Shown here in pieces: positions 26,566 through 32,000 of a stretch of 32,000 nt of DNA (its first letter is position 1; the number at the start of each line of letters is the position of its first letter). The notes beneath the pieces are model-generated. The model was given only the letters and a program-made list of their open reading frames with translations. It ran no database searches and had not been told where the DNA came from. Source of the stretch: an uncultured Thermoplasmata archaeon (GTDB taxonomy: Archaea; Thermoplasmatota; Thermoplasmata; JAGHBH01). The stretch covers positions 46,122-78,121 of the forward strand of contig CAZROC010000007.1 of the NCBI GenBank assembly GCA_964601625.1. The letters run 5' to 3'. The position numbers were made by a program, and so were the translations under genes.

Positions 26566-26649
26566 CGAACCTCATACTACTTATCCTTTGTGGCATTTTA
26601 TGTGCCAAAATTATTTAAGCCGATGTTTGATACAGATGTGGGGTCGTAA

Positions 26650-27708
26650 ATGAGCCTAGGAAGCTATAAAAGGGAGATGAGAGACACGCTGTTCTCAATG
26701 GCCGGGGAGATGGGAGAGGAATACGTAAAGATGCTGAGAGAGGACTTTGAAAGAAACGCTCCTGGTGTATTTAGGAAGTACGTCCTCATGGAAACCACGG
26801 TCTTTTCCCTCCGGGCCAGAAATATATTTGACAGCGCACTCTCCGCCGCCAGAAATATAGAGGATGTGGGGTGGAAAGCGGAGGTTCTCACGGGCATAGC
26901 GGAAGACCTCCTCGAAGTGGACAGAGAGAAGGCGGTGGCCGTGCTTGATGAGGCACTCTCTATGGCCAGGGGCATCAGGGACAAAAAACACCGCGACCCT
27001 GCCCTCGGAGAAATAGCCACCGCCCTCGCAAAAATAGACCCGGACAGAGCCGTTTCCCTGGCCAGAGAGATAAAGGACCATGAAGAACGGGCGGACGTGC
27101 TTGAGAGCGTGGCCCTGGAGATCGCAAAATATGACCCGAAAAAAGCCGTTGCTGTGTTTGATGAAGCACTCTCCGCCGCCAGGAAGATCAGGGACCTAGA
27201 ATGGAAGATACCAGCACTTGAGGAGATAGCTGTGGACATGGCTGGCGTGGATAAAGAAAGGGCGATGGCTGTGTTTGATGAGGCGGTTTCCGCCGCCAGA
27301 AAGATCAGGGACGCGGAGGAGAGAGTGGAGACCCTCATGCAGATAGCTGTGGACATGGCAGTGGTGGACAGGGAGCGGGCGCTGGCCGCGTTTGACGAGG
27401 CGTTTTCTGCCGCCAGAAAGATAAGAGACGTGGAGGACAGGGTGTTTGCCCTCAAGGAGATAGCCGTCGCCCTTGCGGGGGTGGACACAGACAGCGCTCT
27501 ATCCGTTGCCATGGAGATTGAAAGCACAGGATGGAGGGCGATGGCTCTCAGGGAAATAGCAAAAGAGACCGCAAAAACGGACACAAAAAAAGCCCTCCAG
27601 GAGGTCCCCAACGATGTCCTGCTCAAAACGCTTGAGGCCGGGTGGGATGTGGAGAGGATAAAAGCCCTGCTGGAAAGCAGAGGCGGGGAAATAAGCGGCA
27701 TGAGGTAA
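26650..27708 (+). CDS. Alpha-helical tandem-repeat protein (HEAT/TPR-like) with seven repeats of 39 or 32 aa
   Basis: See the repeat feature 26815..27591. The consensus is 'A.AVFDEA.SAARKIRD.E.R...L.EIAV.MAGVD.ER'. The fully open antisense ORF 26664..27701 is a low-complexity shadow. Confidence 0.7.
   Translation: MSLGSYKREMRDTLFSMAGEMGEEYVKMLREDFERNAPGVFRKYVLMETTVFSLRARNIFDSALSAARNIEDVGWKAEVLTGIAEDLLEVDREKAVAVLDEALSMARGIRDKKHRDPALGEIATALAKIDPDRAVSLAREIKDHEERADVLESVALEIAKYDPKKAVAVFDEALSAARKIRDLEWKIPALEEIAVDMAGVDKERAMAVFDEAVSAARKIRDAEERVETLMQIAVDMAVVDRERALAAFDEAFSAARKIRDVEDRVFALKEIAVALAGVDTDSALSVAMEIESTGWRAMALREIAKETAKTDTKKALQEVPNDVLLKTLEAGWDVERIKALLESRGGEISGMR
26815..27591 (+). repeat. In-frame tandem coding repeats with unit lengths 39-39-32-39-39-39-32 aa
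   Basis: Units start at ARNIFDSALS, AVAVLDEALS, AVSLAREIKD, AVAVFDEALS, AMAVFDEAVS, ALAAFDEAFS and ALSVAMEIES. They total 259 aa (residues 56..314). Units 4-6 are also very similar at the nucleotide level, for example 'gtgtttgatga(a/g)gc...tccgccgcca(g/a)(g/a)aagatcagggac'. Confidence 0.8.
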
Positions 27709-27713
27709 ACGTA

Positions 27714-27863
27714 ATGGCGATGACTAACATAGACGGCATTTTGACTTCTGAAGAAGAATCTCTGTTAAACATCGCAAAAAAAGAATACAGCGATGGGAGA
27801 ACTGTCCGGCTTGAGGATGCGGAGGGGGTCTGTTTCTCTAAAAAAGCCAGCCCGTACAGATAA
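27714..27863 (+). CDS. Possible 49-aa small protein at the start of the AT-richer MNT/HEPN cassette
   Basis: ATG 27714 lies 6 nt after the repeat-protein stop. The sequence is 'MAMTNIDGILTSEEESLLNIAKKEYSDGRTVRLEDAEGVCFSKKASPYR'. I see no recognisable motif, so the support is weak. Confidence 0.25.
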   Translation: MAMTNIDGILTSEEESLLNIAKKEYSDGRTVRLEDAEGVCFSKKASPYR

Positions 27864-27904
27864 GGTTTAATAGTGATTGGTGGATAGAGTAAGTCGGTGG
27901 ATGG

Positions 27905-28210
27905 ATGGCGAACAGGTCCTTAGATGAGATAGTGTCTGTCCTTAAAAAGCATGAGAAAGAGCTGAAAGAGAGATACGGAATTAAAGAGATCGGTATTTTT
28001 GGGTCGTATGTGAGAGGGGAAGAGCGTGAAAGTAGCGATGTTGATATTCTTGTGGAATTTTACCCGGATGCGCATATAAGTCTGCTGGATTTTGTTGAAA
28101 TAGAAAACTATCTCACAGAATTGCTCGGAATAAAAGTGGACCTCGTAGAAAAATCCGCGCTGAAGCCGAGGATAGGAAGAAGAATACTGGGAGAGGTTGT
28201 AAGTATATGA
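27905..28210 (+). CDS. mntA: Minimal nucleotidyltransferase (MNT; antitoxin partner of HEPN toxins)
   Basis: The 101-aa protein carries 'IGIFGSYVRGEERESSDVDILVEF', the GS(x)n D.D polymerase-beta-type NTase motif. Confidence 0.85.
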   Translation: MANRSLDEIVSVLKKHEKELKERYGIKEIGIFGSYVRGEERESSDVDILVEFYPDAHISLLDFVEIENYLTELLGIKVDLVEKSALKPRIGRRILGEVVSI

Positions 28211-28566
28211 AAAGAGAGATAGTAGACTACATAGAAGACATAATAGGCGCCATGGACAAAGCATCTTCATTTGTAGAGAGCATGAACTACGACGAATTTG
28301 TTAGAGACGTGAAAACTGTTTATGCAGTGATACGAGCAATAGAGATCATAGGCGAAGCGGTCAAAAACATACCGGAAGATGTCAGAAAAAATTACCCGGA
28401 AATACCCTGGAAAAACATAGCAGGAATGAGGGACAAAGTGATCCATGCATATTTCGGAGTAAACCTGGAAAGAATCTGGCAGGTAATTCAAAAGGACATA
28501 CCGGTTCTCAAACCAGAGTTTGAAAAAGTGCTTATGGATATGCAGACACAATCGGATATGGGATAA
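28207..28566 (+). CDS. hepT: HEPN-domain protein, DUF86 / HepT-type toxin
   Basis: 'MRDKVIHAYFGVNLERIW' contains the Rx4H HEPN motif. The 119-aa gene has a 4-nt ATGA start/stop overlap with the MNT gene. Confidence 0.85.
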   Translation: MKREIVDYIEDIIGAMDKASSFVESMNYDEFVRDVKTVYAVIRAIEIIGEAVKNIPEDVRKNYPEIPWKNIAGMRDKVIHAYFGVNLERIWQVIQKDIPVLKPEFEKVLMDMQTQSDMG

Positions 28567-28590
28567 AATGGGTTGAGGCGGTGTATTAAG

Positions 28591-28944
28591 ATGCACGACC
28601 GGGTACAAAAAGATCTGAGCGATGTGGAAGGTGCATGGAAAACGCTTTTGGAACGAATTGGCGAGGGAAATGATTTCTCTGTATTTTCTATACAAAAAAG
28701 AAAACCTATAAGATATTTCCATGCAGAGGTCTCTGGAGATTATATAATTATTGACAGAGCCAAGAAGCACTTGGAAACCGTAAATATAACCAAAAAACGC
28801 AGAGTGGATTTCAACCAGTTTAGATGTGTTGCACGTCTTTACAACAGATACATAAAAGGAGAGGTGGGAATTCGCCCATTGATGAGAGATAAATGTGGCT
28901 ATAACACCTCCTACGTTATTTCCTTGATCTACCACCTCTTATAA
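28591..28944 (+). CDS. Hypothetical protein and third gene of the MNT/HEPN cassette
   Basis: The 117-aa protein starts at ATG 28591, after GAGGCGGTG. It lies 24 nt after the hepT stop and has the same AT-rich codon bias as mntA and hepT. I recognise no family. Confidence 0.45.
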   Translation: MHDRVQKDLSDVEGAWKTLLERIGEGNDFSVFSIQKRKPIRYFHAEVSGDYIIIDRAKKHLETVNITKKRRVDFNQFRCVARLYNRYIKGEVGIRPLMRDKCGYNTSYVISLIYHLL

Positions 28945-29025
28945 CGTGCTAGAATCCCCTAACGTTTTCCCCACAAAAACGTTTAAATCCTGTGTTTTCT
29001 TTGTGGGGGTAGGGGAGGAGATAGT

Positions 29026-29667
29026 ATGCGTATAAGATGGCATGGGCATTCGTGCTTTGAGATACAGGACTCAATCACCGTGGTGACCGACCCGCACGAT
29101 GGTAAATCGCTCGGGATCCCACGGCCTGTTGTGAGGGGCGACGTGGTTCTTGTGAGCCACGACCATTTTGACCACAACAGCGTCCGCGTGGTCCGGGGCA
29201 TAGACACCGAGGTATTGTCTTTCAAACCCGGTGTTTCCACGGTCAGGGGTGTGACTTTCAGGGGTTTCACAACCTACCACGACAAGAGCCACGGAGAGCA
29301 GAGGGGAAAGAATGTTGTTTACTGCTTTGAGATGGACGGTATAAACCTATGCCATCTCGGAGATCTTGGCGATATACCGCCGGTGGATGTTATTGAGGAG
29401 ATGAAACCGGTTGATATTGTCTTCACGCCTGTTGGTAACGTGTTCACGATCGGCGCCGCAGAGGCAAAGAAGATGGCTGAACTCCTGGGTGCCAGGGTTG
29501 TTGTGCCCATGCACTACCGTGTCGGCGGGCTGTCCCTGTCAATAAGGCCAGTTGATGATTTCCTTCGTCTCTACCCCGAGGACAGAATAGTCAAGGTGGG
29601 AAACGAGATAGAGTTCACAAAAGAAGATCTGCCCCCGGAACAGGAGGTCTGGGTCTTCACCCTCTAA
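29026..29667 (+). CDS. MBL-fold metallo-hydrolase; second such paralog in the window
   Basis: Motifs are 'MRIRWHGHSCFEIQ', 'VVTDPHDG', 'VLVSHDHFDHNS', 'CHLGDLG' and 'VVVPMHY'. GGGGAGGAG lies upstream of the ATG. Confidence 0.8.
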   Translation: MRIRWHGHSCFEIQDSITVVTDPHDGKSLGIPRPVVRGDVVLVSHDHFDHNSVRVVRGIDTEVLSFKPGVSTVRGVTFRGFTTYHDKSHGEQRGKNVVYCFEMDGINLCHLGDLGDIPPVDVIEEMKPVDIVFTPVGNVFTIGAAEAKKMAELLGARVVVPMHYRVGGLSLSIRPVDDFLRLYPEDRIVKVGNEIEFTKEDLPPEQEVWVFTL

Positions 29668-29699
29668 ACCCCTTTTCCCTTCTTGTTCTGTGACCGTTC

Positions 29700-30362
29700 T
29701 TATTCTATGAGGTCCAGGGCCTCTTCTATTCTGTGCATCTCAAAACCGGTTGTCAGCGAGCCCACCAGCCCCCCATGCGAGTTCGCCACCACGCCCGCTC
29801 CCACCAGTGGAGAGCCATAGTTTGTTGTGCCTGGCTTTGATGGCACCCCCAGTGTTTCTTCTATGAGCCGCCGCTCTTCTGCTGTTGTGCGGGGATGACA
29901 CAGGACGCCCCTGTTGGTGGCCACCGCTGCCGTTCCCACGGTGATAACACCGCCTATCCGTCCCCGCCTGACTTTTACTCCCAGAACACTCTCAACAACC
30001 TCAACGGCCTCCTCGCCCATCTCCGGGTGCACGATGGCTCCGTGGTCGTTGGCCAGTATGTTGTTCCCGGCAGCGTTGAGTGTGTCAGGTATCCTTTCCA
30101 CACGCACAAAGGAGGCGAGTATCTCCAGGTCTTCATCTGTGGCGAAGTCGGCCACCACAGCCCCCCGTGTGTTGGCAGCTATCAACGAGCCGAGTATGGG
30201 AGAACCGTCTATGGTAAGGGCGACGGCTTCTACTTCAAGTGTTTCCTCAACTTTTCTCACAAGCGGTTTTGGAGTGTCCAAGGGGACGAGGACGAAACTG
30301 TCTGTTGCGACGCAGAAAACGCCCGGAAAAGGGTTGCCGTGGAAATCTGCTTTCTGCAACAC
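29700..30362 (-). CDS. eif6: Translation initiation factor 6 (aIF6)
   Basis: 'FHGNPFPGVFCVATDSFVLVP' is present, along with the repeated 'GSLIAANTRGAVV' / 'AGNNILANDHGAIVHP' / 'VGTAAVATNRGVLCHP' / 'VGAGVVANSHGGLV' pentein pseudo-repeats. Confidence 0.9.
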   Translation of the reverse strand: MLQKADFHGNPFPGVFCVATDSFVLVPLDTPKPLVRKVEETLEVEAVALTIDGSPILGSLIAANTRGAVVADFATDEDLEILASFVRVERIPDTLNAAGNNILANDHGAIVHPEMGEEAVEVVESVLGVKVRRGRIGGVITVGTAAVATNRGVLCHPRTTAEERRLIEETLGVPSKPGTTNYGSPLVGAGVVANSHGGLVGSLTTGFEMHRIEEALDLIE

Positions 30363-30373
30363 GCCGACCCCTT

Positions 30374-30655
30374 TTATTCTTCTTCCCCTTCTTCTTTTCC
30401 AGCCAGCGAGACCTCCACGAGATTGTCCTCGTCAAACATTATTACACGTACACGCACCCTCGGCGGGATCCGTTTTTTTCCCCGCTCCCAGAGATATTTG
30501 TTGAGATCTGGGTCTATCCAGATGCGGCTGTGTTCTTTGAAGTGGCGGGAGACAAACTTTTTCACCTGGTTTATTGCCCAGGGCGCTCTCTTGGTACGGG
30601 GGACGAGACGGCCCCCTTTGAGGGGGATGGTGTAGATGCGCTCTATGTCGGCCAT
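30374..30655 (-). CDS. rpl31e: Ribosomal protein eL31 (L31e)
   Basis: 'ERIYTIPLKGGRLVPRTKRAPWAINQVKKFVSRHFK...IWIDPDLNKYLWERG'. Confidence 0.9.
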   Translation of the reverse strand: MADIERIYTIPLKGGRLVPRTKRAPWAINQVKKFVSRHFKEHSRIWIDPDLNKYLWERGKKRIPPRVRVRVIMFDEDNLVEVSLAGKEEGEEE

Positions 30656-30672
30656 TCTTTCACCTCACAAGG

Positions 30673-30828
30673 TCATTTTTTGAGCCGGCTCCTTCTCCAG
30701 TTTCTCCTCTTGGGGTGTCTGAGAAACTGTCTGTTCGTCCTCATCATCACCCACGCCGGGACTCTCCGGTTCTGTTTTACCGCTTTGAGCAGGCGAAGTT
30801 TTTTTCCGAGGGGTTTGCGGTGTGCCAT
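30673..30828 (-). CDS. rpl39e: Ribosomal protein eL39 (L39e), 51 aa; absent from the supplied ORF track
   Basis: My own translation of the minus strand gives '[51 protein letters not shown]'. The ATG is the complement of 30826..30828 and the stop is the complement of 30673..30675. It sits in the canonical position between the PDCD5-like gene and rpl31e. Confidence 0.85.
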   Translation of the reverse strand: MAHRKPLGKKLRLLKAVKQNRRVPAWVMMRTNRQFLRHPKRRNWRRSRLKK

Positions 30829-30842
30829 ATCTCATCTCTCCG

Positions 30843-31172
30843 TTAAACTCTTTTTATCCTTATCTCTCTCCTCTGTTCAGTCAGCCGTGCCAGTATCGTT
30901 TTCAGGGTCTCGTCGTCTATCATTCTTCTTATCTGGCCAGACTGGGCAAGGAGTATCAGCTGGTCTTCAACAGCTGAGGCAAACTCCGGCCGTGCGAGTT
31001 TGAGCCGCGTGAGTCGCTCCCTGGCCTCGGGTGTGAGTATCTGGCGGAGTATGGCTGCCTTCTGTTCTTCGTATGCCCTTTTCTGCGCTTCGGCGTTTTC
31101 CTGCTCTGCCTGTGCCCGGAGGAGCGCTTCAAGTTTTCTCCGCTTTATCTCTTCCAGCTCCTCGTCGTTCAT
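30843..31172 (-). CDS. PDCD5/TFAR19-like DNA-binding protein
   Basis: 'MNDEELEEIKRRKLEAL...ILRQILTPEARERLTRLKLARPEFASAVEDQLILLAQSGQI...IDDETLKTIL'. An alternative GTG start at 31208 lies directly after the rps19e stop. Confidence 0.8.
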   Translation of the reverse strand: MNDEELEEIKRRKLEALLRAQAEQENAEAQKRAYEEQKAAILRQILTPEARERLTRLKLARPEFASAVEDQLILLAQSGQIRRMIDDETLKTILARLTEQRREIRIKRV

Positions 31173-31210
31173 GGCCACAGCCCCATCTCTTTTTCTCCTG
31201 GCAGGCACCT

Positions 31211-31684
31211 TTATCTGGTTATCTTCTTTGAAGCGTATTTTTTCATCTCAGGGATCTCTTTGATCAGGTCTTTCATAACCTCAAACGCAGTGTAATCAAC
31301 GAGTTTGCGCCCGTGAGCGGAGACCACACGCCCCCTGTTTTTGCACTTCTCAATCAGACCGGCGGCCTCAAGCTGTTGCACGCACTTCCTTGCTATGGAC
31401 CTGCTCCCCTTCACGGCGTGGTACCTCTTGGACCCCCTGTCTCTCTTCCCGCCGTATTCGGCTGCCAGACGCTCTATGCCTATGGGCCCCATGACGTATA
31501 TCTTCCTCAGCACAGCCGCCGCCCGGGTGTACCACCAGTCAGGGTCCTCTGGAGCCATCTCTTTGTGCGGGCCTGTTTTCACGAAAGGAGCCCACTCAGG
31601 GGGCTTCACAGCCGGGTTTTTCTTCAGCTTTTCCGCCAGCGCTTTTATCAGCCGGTCCGGTGGAACATCATACGCTGTTGTCAT
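31211..31684 (-). CDS. rps19e: Ribosomal protein eS19 (S19e)
   Basis: 'YDVPPDRLIKALAEKLKKNPAVKPPEWAPFVKTGPHKEMAPEDPDWWYTRAAAVLRKIY...GGKRDRGSKRYHAVKGSRSIARKCVQQLEAAGLI'. Confidence 0.9.
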   Translation of the reverse strand: MTTAYDVPPDRLIKALAEKLKKNPAVKPPEWAPFVKTGPHKEMAPEDPDWWYTRAAAVLRKIYVMGPIGIERLAAEYGGKRDRGSKRYHAVKGSRSIARKCVQQLEAAGLIEKCKNRGRVVSAHGRKLVDYTAFEVMKDLIKEIPEMKKYASKKITR

Positions 31685-31895
31685 ACACTATCTCCTCTGA
31701 GCGTTTTTTGTTTTCTGTGGCGATACACACCCATTCCCACAATGGGACTATTTAAACTTTTTCAAACGAGTGGAAATCCCCTAAACAGGGGGGCATATTT
31801 ATTGGTTTCGGGGGAGCGGTTTTGAACAATCATAAGAGTGTTAACATTTTGTTAACATTAATATGGGTTTTTGTGTGTTTTTTGCCCAACTACCG

Positions 31896-31906
31896 TTATA
31901 TATATA
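31896..31906 (+). promoter_or_regulatory. Candidate archaeal TATA box for the partial gene at the right edge
   Basis: 'ttatatatata' lies about 35-45 nt upstream of GTG 31940, with a GAGGTGA ribosome binding site at 31929..31935. Confidence 0.35.
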
Positions 31907-31939
31907 GGACATAGCGTATATGGTTTTTGAGGTGATAAA

Positions 31940-32000
31940 GTGTTTGGGAAAAGGTTGTTTGGTTTGTTGCTGGTTTTTGTTTTGTTGGTGACTGGTTTTA
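31940..32000 (+). CDS. 5' end of a secreted or membrane protein (signal-peptide-like N-terminus), truncated by the window edge
   Basis: The GTG start after GAGGTGA translates as 'MFGKRLFGLLLVFVLLVTGF...', with a positive n-region followed by a hydrophobic core. Confidence 0.35.
   Translation, partial: MFGKRLFGLLLVFVLLVTGF

Noticed and set aside
26815-27591. A regularly spaced repeat array of about 117/96 bp that could be mistaken for a CRISPR or a satellite
   Set aside because: The repeats are in-frame, contiguous without unique spacers, degenerate at synonymous positions, and lie inside a single ORF. This is a protein-coding tandem repeat, not a CRISPR array.
26664-27701. A 345-aa minus-strand ORF spanning the repeat-protein gene
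   Set aside because: It is an antisense shadow of the Ala/Glu/Arg-rich tandem repeats, which avoid stop codons on the complement. The product is a Ser/Ala/Thr low-complexity string. The plus-strand product has a coherent amphipathic two-helix repeat and a ribosome binding site.
30656-30842. A 62-aa minus-strand ORF '[20 protein letters not shown]...' in the gap between the PDCD5-like and L31e genes
   Set aside because: The overlapping alternative frame encodes a textbook eL39 sequence, so the longer ORF is a frame decoy.
29895-31003. Long plus-strand ORFs (246, 196 and 254 aa) across the aIF6/L31e/L39e/PDCD5 region
   Set aside because: They are antisense to unmistakable translation-apparatus genes and have no motifs of their own.

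Overview
This window is an archaeal, euryarchaeote-like chromosomal segment with about 44 genes. The archaeal assignment rests on a minus-strand eS19 / PDCD5-like / eL39 / eL31 / aIF6 cluster, Pth2, archaeal DtdA, Nob1, CDC48/VCP, an NGN-KOW (Spt5-like) protein, and frequent GGAGGTGA-type ribosome binding sites. I cannot name the organism from sequence alone.

The backbone is GC-rich with G/C-ending codons. Visibly AT-richer accessory segments are embedded in it:
- a complete phosphate-uptake island at about 5.2-10.9 kb: AbrB-PhoU regulator, pstS, fused pstC-pstA, pstB, phoU
- an orphan archaeal ATPase/DUF234 gene at about 1-2.2 kb
- a VapBC-like pair with a frameshifted PIN toxin at about 13.0-13.9 kb
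- an MNT-HEPN cassette with two extra small genes at about 27.7-28.95 kb

The best candidate for an undescribed system is at 2.4-5.2 kb. A KamA-family radical SAM enzyme there lacks, by eye, the two lysine-binding Asp residues. It is followed by a tandem pair of single-domain KaiC/RecA-like ATPases that share a non-canonical P-loop (GxxGTMKS) and near-identical nucleotide blocks.

Other notable points:
- phased T(A/G)TAG repeats in the divergent abrB-phoU/pstS promoter region
- a perfect tandem 11-bp repeat abutting the TATA box of a CVC-motif ArsR that is divergent from a TDT/TehA-like transporter
- a 39/32-aa tandem-repeat helical protein
- two homopolymer-associated frameshifts
- an eL39 gene too short for the supplied ORF track

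I found no rRNA, tRNA, CRISPR array or transposase. All family assignments come from motif recognition by eye and need HMM or BLAST confirmation.
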